Source: Ruditapes philippinarum (taxonomy: Eukaryota). Taken from it: a stretch of 64,000 bases of DNA. This document shows, piece by piece, positions 26,570-40,576 of this stretch. Where the stretch lies: NCBI RefSeq assembly GCF_026571515.1, contig NW_026857573.1:124001-188000 (forward strand), written 5' to 3'. The notes beneath the pieces were generated by a model, which did not search any database, was not told the origin of the DNA, and saw nothing but the letters and a program-made list of their open reading frames with translations. The translations under genes and the position numbers were made by a program. Within the stretch, counting starts at the first letter, position 1; every line of letters begins with the position of its first letter.

Positions 26570-29500
26570 GTATTTATCGACCCTGTTGTTTAATTATTTC
26601 GTAAAAGTATTTCACAACAATATCACATATGAAATCCTGTACGATATCCGCGTATACATGTTTTTTTTCAAAATCAACTCGGAAATTTACATGAAATATA
26701 AATATTTAATGATTTTCATAGAAAAAGATAAGATCATAGAAAAAATAAGCATATGCAAATGAAATTTATATATAATATGATTTGTATTCTGTAACCAACA
26801 TAATACATAAGAATCACAAAATAATTTCAAGTTTTTCAATCAAACCATTTCCGTTGTGAGCCTACTGTTATTGATCTGACATTTTGATTATCATTTACAT
26901 TTAAAAGTCCATTATACCCTAGAAATGTTTTATCTTTATTTATAAAAAAAAATCTTATATATTCCAAAAATGTATAATAAATGGCCAATTACTTTAACAA
27001 TCGTTTTTTCTGTTGCTTTTTTTTTGGCAATTAGTACCCTTACTGTATAGTGATTTAGTATTTTGTATAGAATTTAAAAATCTACTTTGTTTACATTTTG
27101 GTACTTTTTATGAAATCTTTTTCATATTTAAGATAACAAACATTTAACATGTTCTTGAACAATTATTTAAATGTCATAAAATTCACATTTGCCCGATTAT
27201 AAAGAAGTCAAATTTATTTATTTAATGTTTCACCCATGCAAACCCTTGAACAACATATGTTATAATATTATCGACCAGTCATTGTGATTATTGATGATTA
27301 TTAGTTACCCAACGGTAAAGAGCGGCAAATATCAAACACTGTCTGATTAAGTCACGTCCATCCTTTCATTTCCCATAAATATCACTAACTACGTACGTTT
27401 TAGCTGTTGATTATATATTATTTTCACTGCACGCAGGTGTTTTAACCAATGTTTTCATTTATTTAATTGCAGATTGTTTTTGTTCCCTTTTTAGGGAATG
27501 TCTTTATTCTTGAAAAACAATATGAAATAATTTAATCCCTGAACGCTTTTGGAAGAAATCTATATATGGCATTTTGACTATTATTAGGTATACGCATAAT
27601 TAGGTATACGCATATATACGACAGAAATCGTAAATGACAGAAAACGTCGATCGCATACAATAGTGGTTTCCCATACATTTATAATTATGTGTGTTCTTTA
27701 TTTAATTGTTGGTTTATAAAAAAAGCTAATAACTTCAAAATATATGGAGGTTTTCGACATTTCATTTCAACAGTTTTTTTAACACATCATATTTTGTTAT
27801 TTAATGGTAACCTTTAAAACAAAATATTACATCTTGAATATCACAAAATGCTTAATAGCATGTCCATTGTTCTTGTTTTCACCAATCGAATCTGTTCGGC
27901 TTTTTTCGTCATACTTCAGCAAATAAAAAAATACCGAACACAATAGTTGGATATTGTTTATCGGTTTCACTTTAATAACAATAATTTAAACTGAAAACAT
28001 GCATATTTATTTGTTTGATATTGTTTACACATTTTGTAAATGCCAACAATAAGATTCAAATATAAACCTTCTTCATTTGTTAGTTATTATGATTTTAACC
28101 GCCGATAGTAAGAATGGAATAGCTAATGATGGATTTTACACATTCTTAGAAGAATAATTTTATAAGACACGTTGTCTTTCATTCGAATCCTGTTTTTTAA
28201 GTTTATTTGAATTTCTTTCTGTATATTGTTAATTGTAACATGTATATATATTCTGAGAAATAAAATATATCTAAACTAATGATGGTATTTAAGATTATTT
28301 TAGATTGATATTCTAGAGAACTGGTATTTCGAATTCTTTCTAAATGTCGCACAACGTTTCAATAAAAACACTTTATAACGAAATACATTTAGTTTTTGTC
28401 CATATGTGTACATGTAACTAATAACCTCTAGCTATCTAGTTCCAACAAGGTAACGAGGTGGTTATATGTAAATAGCGAGATATTACGAATGATGTTAATA
28501 CTGTTTTTATATTTCTGATGTTTTCATATTTTGTCATAAAATACTAAGTACTAGTATGTTGATCAGTTAATGCGCATTGCTCGTCCCACAGCAATTTTCT
28601 ACATGAATAATGTCTATGGCGGTTAGGCCATAAAATTATTGCATAATATCAAATGGTTCGACATTTTCACATCACATATGTTTACTCATAGTTATGTAAG
28701 AAGATGGCACATTTAACATTGAAACTATATACGGCAGTGTTGCCGGTTGTTAATATGAAAAGAAATCTTACGAATATATTAAGCAGCATATTGTGACGCG
28801 TTATGACCAAACTACAATATCTGACGTTTCATGAATCAACACCTATACATGTATAAGTATATGGGTTAGCTCCTTCTGGTTAAACAGTTATACCCCCTAA
28901 ACATTATATTACTGGAATAATTGGTTTTCGCATAACATGGATTACATCCACTGGTAAAATCTCTAACAATTCTGTTAACTTCGGGTAAGATGTAAAACAA
29001 GGTCTAGGTATTCCTATAATGACAGTTAAACTATTCTTAACCAATTGTATATATGCGTTTTATAACTTCACTTATTTTTTTGCATCAATTCTATATTGAG
29101 CATAATTTAGCGGTCTATTTGTGTGTCTGAAACATAAATCAAATAAACAATTCTGAGGAAACTGACAGCTGAAGTCATAGATAATTACATAAGCACGAGG
29201 AGAGAAAACAGTTATAATATTGCCAATAAATTGTGATTTATACATCAATTCTTGTCTTTTAGTTGAAATATTTCAATGTTCAAATGGCGTGTCTATTTTC
29301 AAAAGGAAGTAACTTTTATACTACATTTCTTTGCTAAAATCCGCCCAAACAGCGTCATATACCCAGTTAATTTCCAGAAGCTCTATTTATCTTTTAAACG
29401 GTGTATCACATGAAGTTTCTCTATGGAAAATATTCATCATTTTTGTATTGCTGATTACGTAATAATTTCATGGTATCGAAAGTAAAAAGCAAAACAAATT

Positions 29501-31188
29501 ATGATATTGAAATGGTTATGAAATATTCAAAGCTGTTGTAAACCCTACGGAAATGGAATCACTTATCTAATTATAGAAACAGCAATACACACCATAATTT
29601 TACATGGCTATGAACTTTGTATGCATTTTACTTGAAATAGGTCACCTATCTCTGCACGGAGAACTTTCTACGTTTATTCATAATTCAATTCTTTTACATC
29701 ATGAATACAGTCGATTCCTGTTACAACATACATAATTCATGTACTGCCAATGCAATTGAAAGTAATTGAAAAAGTAAAGTCTAAATAGATATTCATGTGA
29801 AATTAACACATTTGTTTTGCAAAATTCTTGGATTTCAAATATTATTAGAAACAGTTTCTGTGACACAATGATTATAAAATTGATACTTCAGTAATTAAAC
29901 TAAAAATACTTTCATCTTATGACAGTGTTTATCTAATATGATCTTCTGACTGTCTTGTTATTTAATCATATTCCATTTTTTTTGCAGAGCGGCCTTTATA
30001 TATAGCAAGTTCTTTCAACACCAGTATGAATTCCTTCAAATGTTGGTATTCTATTGAATATTGCTTAAGACCATGCTAGAGAGGGAGTGAAAGACGCTCT
30101 TTTTAGTGCACACCACTCAGAAACAATTAAGATGTTTATAACAATGTTGCATTGTCTGAGACATTTCAAATGTTTAATTAAATATAATTATGTATTTAAC
30201 AATGCATCTTTTTTATTATATCACGAAAACCTATAAAATGTTTAATAACTTTATTTCGAAAACGTTTTGAGCAGTTAACCGCACTGCCTTATACCAAATG
30301 AAATAGATGTATATGAAAGCTACATACGCGAAGACAATATGAGAAGGCATATAACGCAATATCACAGATACTGTCTTTTGAAAGTAACTTTTTGATTAAA
30401 AAGTAAACTATGATATGCCCTACAAGCATGACTGTACTTTTACCTAAGTATAAAATCGTGTTGTTGAAACATTTGGATGGTGTGAACATATAATCATCAG
30501 CGAAATGGAAAAAGATTTTATCGCACTTATGTATATATAGATGTCTAATTTTTGCCTCTTTTTTAGCTCTACGCTTTCATTGTAATCAATAATGAATTAT
30601 ATACCGCTGATAAAATCATTAATTAATAATAAATTGCTGATGGCACTGATGGTTTTATTATTTGCATGTTTATTTCATCATTGATCTTAATGTTAAAGGT
30701 ACTCCACTGAGTTGTTTTTTTAATTACATGAACGCATTTGTAAATATTTAAATTCGCTAAAATCCTACGGAAATTTAAACAGAAAAAATGTGTGTCATTT
30801 GTCTGTAATGTTAAAATAAATTGTTTGACTTTTCTTTTTAAAAGGAATAATTCTAAAATTGCGTGTAAAAAGAAATATATCGAACAATTCCTAACGAATG
30901 ACGTTTACCATGATATACGCAATGTTTAAATAAATAAATGAATTAACGAGATTGAAGACATTTAAATATGCAAAATATACTGTCAGAAATGTTCATATTT
31001 TAACGCCTCTTTGGACGACAAAGTAGGTAAAAGTCTAAAGCCGGTAACATTTTAGAACATTTTAGAGGTCACAGAAATAATGATAAAAATTCCCTTATCA
31101 TATAAATGTATATGTACAATGTTTGAATTGAATTTTTATCGTTCATTGGCTGCTTATTTATTTAGTTTGTAAATTAAGGTGAATAATA

Positions 31189-33236
31189 ATGCTGATCCAT
31201 TTGATTTGTTTCTACATTGGTGTGCTAACAGTTTCCGGATTTTTATACGATAATCCATGCGACGTATTTCCAAAGTATTCTGGCGGGTAAGTTCTGATAA
31301 TTAATAAGTAAAAACATTATCTACATACTTTGCAAAAAGGTAGCTTTGTGTTAATACCGACCAGTTTTAAAAATGATTGTGAGAATATATTTTTGCTTAA
31401 AACGGTGCAGAAGCATAATCTTATTAGTTTACTTCCAATTATACTTAATTGTCTGCACATTTTCGCCTAATTTATTTTGTTTCAGTTGACAAATGTGCTC
31501 TTTCAATATAAATTCTTAGAGTATTATTAATATTATTGTTTTAAAGCATCTCCAACTCAGACGATTTTACAACAACTGTAAACGTTCCAGCTAAATGCAA
31601 GAATGGGACATTCCGCTGGGACTATCCTAAAGGACATGCCATGCTCCATTTTCAAAATATGCAGGAGGTAACACTTTTTTCTAAATATAGTGAATCAAAG
31701 TAATACTTTTTTATAGGTATACGTAGCCAAAATAAAATTTTTGTACCATTATTTAGTTACATACACTTTTTTAAAAATCTTTTTTGTATCAAAAGACCTT
31801 ATAGTACTCAAATAAAAATTTGTCTATCGTACAATAAACAAAAAACAATTGAAAATTGAGAAGGAAAAAAACAGAAATATCTGAAGTCTGGCATTCTCCT
31901 TTAGAAATAATATGAATTATTATGAAATTTCATATTACTTTCCTTTCTTTTCTTTTTATTTAAAAATCATGCTATTCATATTATATTTATATCTAGATGG
32001 AAATTAAAATCTGTATAAAGGACAGAGTAGGTGGAACAGTTTTCAATGTGACTTAAAAAGCTACCAAACAACGTCTCGGAACTTTTGATTACGGTAAAAT
32101 TCATAAATTGTCTTACGAAGGGTGTGACATTGTCATTTCTTATTATGATTTTGTATGTATCACTTTCGATTGTTCCTTTGAATAAGACAATAATCGTGTT
32201 ATTACAAATAAATGACAATTACTATGCACCAACTGGTACCCATGAATATAGATGGTTCTATTTATTGTTGTGACTCTTACAACTGTTGCTACCATGAATA
32301 TATGTATCTTAATTGTGATGACTACGAATGTAGATCTGTAAACTATGATAACTATAAATACACTGTACAGTAGAACCCCTTCTTAAGACCACCCCGGAAT
32401 TAAGACCATCCCACTATTTAGACCATTTTTCAAAAGTACGAATTTTTTTCTGTTCTTTATGTCAATGGTTACATGATATAAGAATTAAGACCCCCTCGCT
32501 TATCCACTTTTAAGACCGCCAGATTCAGTCCCAATTCTTTGTTTTGTTCTTTATTTGATCCCACTATTGAGACCACTGATGTAAAGTCAACACCTACCAA
32601 GATATTAACTTTGTTGTTATGTTGTTATTATCTGCTTGAATGCTCTTAGGCATGACACTTAATTTCACAAGGTGTCAAAAACACCTTATATCATAGGAAT
32701 ATTTATGAAAATAGGTGAGAAAGTAAATTTTAGAGTGGTTTAATGTTGCTTTAAGCAAATTGATTATGCGAAGACATTATTTCCTTTTTGATTGCTGAAT
32801 TACGTACATCATATTATAATTAATATTGAAATCAGGCCAAATATAATTTGATATTTAATTTCTTTCGGCCCATCAGATGTTAAATTATAACATACTTTTA
32901 TGTTGTATTTGCAGGTAAAGATATATATTGTTTTTTCATACAAAATGACTAAAATAGAAAATGGTCAAAAAAGTGTAAAAGCATCGATAAGAATATTCAC
33001 AGTTAAGACCACCCCACAATTAACAGTCCCGATAGTGGTCTTAACTGTAGTTATTTTAATATGTGACCATAAATATATGTGTCTAAATGTATGATTATTC
33101 AGGGCTATGAATGTCATTTTTTTCAGAAACCTCAGCCTGTTTCCAACCAACATCAGAACGAGATATTGTTCTTCAGGTGGACGCTCCGTTAAGTCTTCGT
33201 TACATGGGAGAGTTCGAATACAGACTTTTCAATTGA
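31189..33236 (+). pseudogene. Meteorin-N-domain-like gene, copy B1 (4 exons, one in-frame stop)
   Basis: Exons 31189-31286, 31547-31667, 31997-32093 and 33127-33236, with all splice sites intact. TAA at 32054-32056 where paralogs have GAT/GAA. May be a null allele or a base error. Confidence 0.75.
32368..33047. mobile_element. Tc1/pogo(Tigger)-type non-autonomous DNA element in intron 3 of B1
   Basis: TA|CAGTAGAACCCC start, repeated TTAAGACCA(C) subterminal motifs, and an inverted ggtcttaactg|TA end. Absent from the corresponding B3 intron. Confidence 0.6.
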
Positions 33237-34554
33237 AATTAATTTAGATTATCGAAATAAAATTGAAACTTGAAGCTGTGTTTTTTCTTGTTTGAATATA
33301 AAGCTGGGATAACTATAAATAGGCTATCACCTGCATAGTATCTTTCAAAAGGATGTGTCTTTTTTGTCAGAGATGAACGGAGTAGCTGTACGGAGACGAT
33401 CTCCGTGATATTATTTGTTTATAACAATGGTCTCTTTAGGGAGAGTCCTGTATAGAATATGTGTGTGCGTTGTTGCAGTCCTCAGTTTAATTATATAGAA
33501 AATATTTCCCCATTCCTTTACTTTAAAATTTAAAATACTAAATCACTATAACCTTAAGTATTGCCAAAGAACAGAAAGAAAAGGCTTTATGAACTATGAG
33601 TTATCATTTTTAGAAACCATACTAGGACACAAAAAAACTTTTGAGAAATAAAATAACAGCATGTTTTGGAAGCCTAATGAGCTTTTAAGTTTTTGTTATA
33701 ATTGTGGTTTTGTGCAGAATTAATGCACGAGATAGTCTTCTCCAAGGTACATTGTACTACAACTGGACGTACCATTAAAGTATAACTGCTATTGAAATTA
33801 AGTTCCGTTTTGAAGTATTGCTTTTAATTGTTTCTAAAGAAAATTTGTTACTTCATAAAAAAACATTTTTGATTGTCTTTGATTATTTCAACATCACTTT
33901 AGATATTCCTAGATTATAATACATCAATGCATTTGAAAATGTTAATTTTGGCAGTTTTCAAACTCAATACTAGTAATTTATATATGTTTGTGTTATTAAG
34001 GAGAATAAATCAAACATACCCGTATATAGCAAAATAAATGTTTCATTGCAAAATATAGTTAGTGCAGTTTCGTCTTAGAAAACACTTGAAGCAATACAGT
34101 TAAAATGATGCCGTTAGTGATTAGACAGATTGGAATTTGATCAGGGCCATTCTGCTTCAATTGGTGTCTTTAAGGTATACGAATTAGCAAAAAAATGTGC
34201 ACATCTTTAAGTGTTAGATGTTGCATAGAACGTTTTAGTTATGTAATTTCTCAAAACGAGTTTGATTTTCTTTTTTAAAATTTTTATTCCCTTATTTAAC
34301 TTTGCATGGCACAGTTGTTTGATTAGGTTCGTCTCACGTGCTTTTATATTATCCGTACATAAAAAGATGTAAAACAAGCTGAATATTAGAGGCAACACTC
34401 CTCTGTTTTCAGTTATAAAGTTTTATGGACACTTTTTACTTAGAATATCAAATTTGTGATTAAGAAATGTAAATATATAGTATGCACATTTGCGTGCAAG
34501 AAATGAAAACAACGGATGACATTTAAAAATTTATTTTGAAAATAAACAACAACA

Positions 34555-36073
34555 TCATTTGTAAATTCTGTATTCAAACATTTCCAGGTAGCGTCTTGAT
34601 GGATTGGCAGTCACCTGAAGAACGATGTCTCGTCCAGATGTTGTATTAAAACAGGCCAAGTTTTCTGAAAAATAAATGTCACCATCATGATATGGCCCAC
34701 AAATAGTAATTAATGTGTGTATTTATAGAAGTGGATATTATATTTCGCTTTGTAATATTTATGAAATTATTTAAACAAAATAATATTTAAACGAATATGA
34801 ATAAATGAGCATTAACTATTCATTTTGACACAAAATCTAGTTAAAATGTATTTTGAACTTTGAAATATGATAAATATGATATTTACCTTTGTCAAAGGTT
34901 CCTAGTCGCTGATTTGTAGCTGTGAACGTTATATTGTAGTCTGTATATGGACTAATATTTTTAATACAGATTCTTTTCATCTAAAAGGAAATAATTGTGG
35001 AACTTTTTAAGAAATGTTAGCAAACTTGCAAAGATATACTTTTTATAATTGTTGTTTTAAGTTATAATTCATGTTGATAAGGTTATATTTTTAGATAAGG
35101 AATTAGATTTATTTGTGTAAAACTGTGTAAAACTGAACGTAAATCAAATATAGGTCTATTTAAGTTATAAATATCCTACCTCTGTCACATTTTGAAAATG
35201 CATCATGGTGTGACCTGCAGGAGAATGCCAGCGGAATGTTCCATTCATGCATTCTTCTGGAACATTTACGGTTGTCGTAAAATTGTCAGATATGGGAATT
35301 CTTCTTTAAAAATAAGAAGGTAATTTTGTAACAAAATGACAATATATATATATGTTTTAAAAGAACAAATTGTCTACTTCATGTAATTTATCGCCAGTTG
35401 TTTATAAATTCATTTGTAAATAGTATTTTGTAAATGAAACTAAGTGCTGCAGCATCATGATGATTTTTACAAAATAATATTGTAATCATTGCCAGCATAG
35501 TGACAAATTGTGGTGCCAAACCAATAAGTATTTGGTGGAGAATCTATAAAAAATCATAACGTTTGCTATCTATTCAGATGAATCAGGTCTGCTGAAAGTT
35601 TTTTATCAAGACGTCTGAAAACTGATAATAAAAACATTTAAACATTGCGTAATATAAATAAAAAGAAACATTTAAGGGAAAGTCACCAGTCTCGTCCTTT
35701 CTTTTAATTTGAATTTGTTGCTTATTCTAAGGACAGATAATTCACATTGAAGGTGAACAATACATAATGTCGTTTGCTAATTATAGTCGCTGACTTCCTT
35801 TGTAGTCATTGTAAAAATGAAAGGAAACGATGCCCACGATTTCTGTACATTCTGTCTATGCAGGTAACTGTAACAAATTTTATTAAACATGAATATTTAA
35901 CAACAAAATATCTTAAATAAAAGATGCAGTCCAGTTATCAAAATTAAATAGACGCTCTTAAAGTGTATAACTTACCCGCCGGGATACTCCGGACATACTT
36001 CACATGGCTTTTCACAGAAAAGTCCGAAAACGGAAAACACGCACATCAAGAAATAAATAAAATTGATCAACAT
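34555..36073 (-). CDS. Small secreted meteorin-N-domain-like protein, copy A2 (4 exons, 140 aa, ORF intact)
   Basis: Exons 36073-35976, 35300-35180, 34980-34887 and 34664-34555. Protein: MLINFIYFLMCVFSVFG LFCEKPCEVCPEY..VPEECMNGTFRWHSPAGHTMMHF..ICIK..ACF..IVLQVTAN..MFEYRIYK*. Confidence 0.85.
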
Positions 36074-36254
36074 TATTTCCTATGTGTTATTTAAAAACAA
36101 TATTTATGCTAAAATGTGTTAAATACTGGGTAAGTACAATTTTTATTAATTGATATTTAAAACGATAACTGTAGCTAAACTATATTTTATAAATAATAAA
36201 TCACTAAAATTGCTTCATAAGTCTATACGCATTCAACACATTAAACATGAAAAC

Positions 36255-36466
36255 AAATCCATTCATTTACAGCTCGTCTTTAAATGAATGCAGTTATCTG
36301 GTCCCCATTAAAGGGAGAGAACTCGTCCGGTCTTGTTGCTTCAACCACGTGTTGTACGTGACGTCATAATTAAGTCTGATGTCATCGAGACCTTGCGCGT
36401 TTTCAATCCTTTTCCTCGAGGAATTCAAGCAGGAAGGTCGACATTTTGCTTTTTCTTACAAATTAA
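36255..36466 (+). repeat. Ngaro repeat A1 (212 bp)
   Basis: Identical by eye to 42491-42702. Confidence 0.95.
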
Positions 36467-36785
36467 TTTGAAATTGATTTAAGATTTATTTATTGAATAA
36501 GATTTCTTTCTACTTTTAATGGTAGATTAATATTGAATATCTACTAATTTCATAAATTATATGTTGATCTTGTTGTGTAGTGTAAATAACGATAATTATT
36601 GATACTTGATCAGCAGGAATGCTAGATATAAAACTACATGTTACAGTAGGTTTAGTCTGGAGGCTCTCTATCTATTAACGGAGATAAGATATATTCGACA
36701 TTGCATTTTCTTTTAGCCGCTAGATCTATATTGACTGATAGTTAATAATTTACTTATTAGATCTAATTTTTTATTTCTTGAGAAA

Positions 36786-38162
36786 ATGCCTCGGCCTAAG
36801 AGGAACTGTAAATCTACATGGAAGACGCGAGGGCAGACTAGGTCAGCCACAAGATCTAGAGGGAGACGGTCCCATCAGATTGAAGTCTCCATGCAACCCA
36901 TTGTAGAGCAGCCGGCTGTAGTTCAGTCTAATGCAACAACAACAAATTATGCAGCAGTAACTCAGGACCAAGGTCAAATCAATCAGTTCTATCACACTAA
37001 TCAGAACGATTATGTGAATACGTCATCTGTACAGAACCAATGTCATTACTCGTCACATACCCATGTCCCAGGGGTGTTGGGACAACAGTCGCTCTATCAT
37101 TCAAATTCAGTGAATACGTCATCTGTACAGAATCAAGGTCATTACTCGCAGCTGGCTAATTGTGTAGTACCAGCCTCAGTTGTACCAGTAACACATACCA
37201 ATGTCCCAGGGATGTTGGGACAACAGTCGCTTTATCCTTCAAATTCAATGCAAGTGCCATATACACAGCATTGTCAGGGAGCTGTTCCTTCAACGGCCTC
37301 GGTATCGGAAGGATTTGCTTCAACTTCACAAGGCTTGCAGATGTCTCCTGCTGGAGGAATGTTCGAGTCACCTGTGGTTGGGCAGCCCCCGATGGTACAT
37401 GAAACATCAGGTAATGAAAATGTTTTCAATTCGGTAGTAACTGATATGGCTTTGCATGTAAACGCTAGTACAAAAGAAAGAATATTGAGTGGAGAATTTG
37501 TTGATTTAACATGCTTATTAGAAAAAGATTCCTCCGCTCAAAGTAAAATCTTTAAAGTTGTAAATGGCGTACTAGTCTTGTCTGATAGTTCTAGATCTAT
37601 TAAACATACTGTTTTGTCAATTGAACAATGGACTGATGCCTTTTTAATATATATGAGTATTTTGATTGCAAAACACCCCGAATTAGCCATAGAATTGTTG
37701 CATTATTTAAACACAATACGATCTGCGTCAAAACTAAATCCGATTGGCTGGATAAAATATGACAAATTTTTCAGGTATAAAATGTCACAATATCCAAATA
37801 CAAAATGGTCAAATATTGATGCTGAGATATGGTTGGTAACTATGACGAATGTAAGCTCAAATCAATCAAACAAACAAAATCACTGCTATGAGTTCAACGG
37901 TAAAGGGTTTTGTTCAAAACCGGGTTGTCAGTACTTGCATAAATGTAAAAAATGTACCGGGCCGCATTCTGCTTTGCTTTGCAGATCACCTACACCAGGA
38001 TTTGTAAATGCTTATAGATCTAATAATAATCTCAGCCAAAATCATTTCAGACATCCCAGGTTTGAGCACTTCCCACAATTTGAAACTCCTAGAGCACCTT
38101 TGGGACCTAGGCAACACCCCAATAGATACTTTGCGTCTAGAAATGTGGCTCAAAGGTTATAA
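36786..38162 (+). CDS. Ngaro ORF1 gag-like protein (458 aa)
   Basis: Basic N-terminus, Q/S/N-rich internal repeats, KERILSGEFVDLTCLL..IEQWTDAFLIYMSI..W..YD..FR, and C-terminal CYEFN..C..C.Y.H.C..C..H zinc fingers typical of YR-retrotransposon gag. Confidence 0.88.
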   Translation: MPRPKRNCKSTWKTRGQTRSATRSRGRRSHQIEVSMQPIVEQPAVVQSNATTTNYAAVTQDQGQINQFYHTNQNDYVNTSSVQNQCHYSSHTHVPGVLGQQSLYHSNSVNTSSVQNQGHYSQLANCVVPASVVPVTHTNVPGMLGQQSLYPSNSMQVPYTQHCQGAVPSTASVSEGFASTSQGLQMSPAGGMFESPVVGQPPMVHETSGNENVFNSVVTDMALHVNASTKERILSGEFVDLTCLLEKDSSAQSKIFKVVNGVLVLSDSSRSIKHTVLSIEQWTDAFLIYMSILIAKHPELAIELLHYLNTIRSASKLNPIGWIKYDKFFRYKMSQYPNTKWSNIDAEIWLVTMTNVSSNQSNKQNHCYEFNGKGFCSKPGCQYLHKCKKCTGPHSALLCRSPTPGFVNAYRSNNNLSQNHFRHPRFEHFPQFETPRAPLGPRQHPNRYFASRNVAQRL

Positions 38163-39722
38163 TAAGGAGAATGCAAATTTTATATTACATGGATTCAGGG
38201 AGGGGTTTAGGCTGCAATACAGTGGTCCCCACTGCGAATTTACGGCAAAAAAAATCTGCAGTCTGCGATTAGATACCCGGAAATTTTAGCAAAAAAGCTT
38301 GAAAAGGAAGTACAATTAGGACGCTTTTTAGGTGCCTTTACAATTAAACCATTTGCAAACTTACGCATCAATCCAATTGGGCTAGTTCCCAAAAGTACAG
38401 GTGGAATGCGCCTAATAACTCATCTGTCATATCCTTATAATGGAACTAGTGTTAACGATTTTATTGATCGTGAAATAACTATGGTTCAATATTCCCGTTT
38501 TGACAATGTTATAAAAATAATACAGTGTTTAGGCCCTGGTGCACTTATGGGGAAAAGAGATGTTAAATCGGCCTTCAATCTCTGCCCTGTACACCCTGAC
38601 GATTTCGATTTATTAGGTGTCAAATTTGATGGCAAGTATTGGATTCAAAAAATGCTTCCGCAAGGGTGTTCAGTCAGCCCCGCCTATTTTGAAAAATTTT
38701 CAACATTCCTTCACTGGGCGGTTTCTCAATATGCAAACTCGTCAAACTTAGATCATTATTTAGATGATTTTTTCTTTGCCGGAAAAGCCGGCACAGAGGA
38801 TTGCACAAACCTCATGTTGGATTTTGAGTACATCTGTAAAGATATGAATATTCCTATAAATGAAGATAAATCAGAAGGCCCTAATACAATCATCACTTAT
38901 TTAGGCATAGAGATTGATTCTTTAAAGATGGAAATAAGAGTTCCCTTTGACAAAATAAATAAAGCAAAATCATTGCTATTAGATGCCTTGGTCAAACTTA
39001 AAATTAGATTAAGAGAACTGCAATCAATTCTTGGCATTTCAAATTTTTTCACGAAAGCAATACCAGCAGGTCGTACTTTTAACTGTAGATTATACGCTGC
39101 ACAGTGTCAGGCAAAGAGATCTTACCATATATTCGCTTGAATAAAGATCACAAGGAAGATATTAGAACTTGGCTGCAATTTCTTGATCATTTTAATGGTG
39201 TGTCTATATTCAGTGATCAATACTGGTCGTCAAATCATGACCTTGACCTTTATTCAGATGCTGCTGGTAACAGGCATTTAGGCTGTGGTGCTTACATGGA
39301 CGGGGAATGGATAATTTTTGAATGGCCGATGTTTTGGAGTAATGATGTATTTAAAGACATTACTCTTCTTGAACTAGTCCCTATTCTATTGGCCTTTTAC
39401 ACATGGGGATCAAAGCTTAAAGGAAAAAAGATTATCATCAATTGTGACAACATGAGTCTTGTGCAGATTCTTAACAAAAAAATCATCGCGAAATCTGAAA
39501 GTCATGATTCTGCTCCGAAAACTTGTTTTATTATTGCTTTATAACAATATACAAATAAAAGCAATTCACATCGTGTCGAAGAAAAATGATATATGTGACG
39601 CAATAAGTAGATTACAATTCCCTAGACTGCAGAATTGCTTGCCTGTAAATGCTAGCAGAACCCCTCTTTCTATCCCATTTGATTTTCAGCAATTTATCAA
39701 CACGAAATCATTCGACTGGTAA
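38008..39722 (+). CDS. Ngaro reverse transcriptase-RNase H, split into four ORF pieces by frameshifts near 38250, 39110 and 39480
   Basis: GFREGFRL, PIGLVPK..RLITHLSYP, DVKSAF, LPQGCSVSP, HYLDDFF, RNase H SDAAG / LELVPI / CDN / DAISR. Two of the breaks are at poly-A runs. Confidence 0.9.
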
Positions 39723-39724
39723 AC

Positions 39725-40562
39725 ATGTCTTTAAGTGAGAATACAAGCAAATGTTACAAGTCGGGATTAGAATCATTTAGAAAATTTAGAATTTTAATGC
39801 TCTGTCCGAGCGTTTGGCCACCCAGTCTAAATGAAATCGTAGAATATATAGCGTTCATGTCACATGGCGGATATGCATATAAAACGGTAAACTGTCACAT
39901 CGCTGCCATTAGCTATGTAAACAAAATGAATAATTTTCAAGACAATACTAAATTTTTCATAGTAAGAAAAATGTTAGAAGGAATGAACAGATTACAAAGT
40001 CGATCAGACTCTCGCAGGCCAATCACTTTGCACCTTCTTAAGCAAATTATACATAGCTTGGTGTTTATATGCATGTCCGATTATGAAGCATTACTTTTCA
40101 AAACAGCTTTTTTACTCGCATTTTTTTGGGTTAATGCGCGTGAGCGAAACTGCATTTCTCTGCAACGAAATTCAGTCAAATGATTCATTTGTTCAAATAC
40201 ACATAAAATCATCTAAAACAGATCAGATGGGTAAAGGTCAAACTATACGGGTAAATTTCGAGAGTGAAGACGCCGTGTTGCTCAAACATACCGGTACTTT
40301 AGAAAATTATAAAAGACAAAGACCTGCCGTTCAAGGTCAATATCTATGTCATGCAAATGGAAAGCCATTAACCCAATACCAGTTTAAGCATGTTTTACGC
40401 AAATGTCTAGAATATTTGGGACAACCTCTAAACATTTTTAAATCACAATCATTTAGAATGGGTGGAGCCACATACATGTTCAATAAAGGTATGTCTGAAT
40501 CAGCAATTAAGCAGGCTGGACGCTGGAAGTCAAATGTATATCAGTCTTACATAAGAGTATAA
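39725..40562 (+). CDS. Ngaro tyrosine recombinase (one frameshift at the T-run ~40120)
   Basis: AFLLAF(F)GLMRVSE, SKTDQ, SQSFRMGGAT (HxxR appears as QxxR), GRWKS..Y..YIR. Confidence 0.9.
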
Positions 40563-40576
40563 ACCAATCAACTTCA

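Noticed and set aside
26600-31100. Possible additional gene between A1 and B1
   Set aside because: I found no exon resembling the family and no convincing spliced frame. It appears to be AT-rich intergenic DNA.
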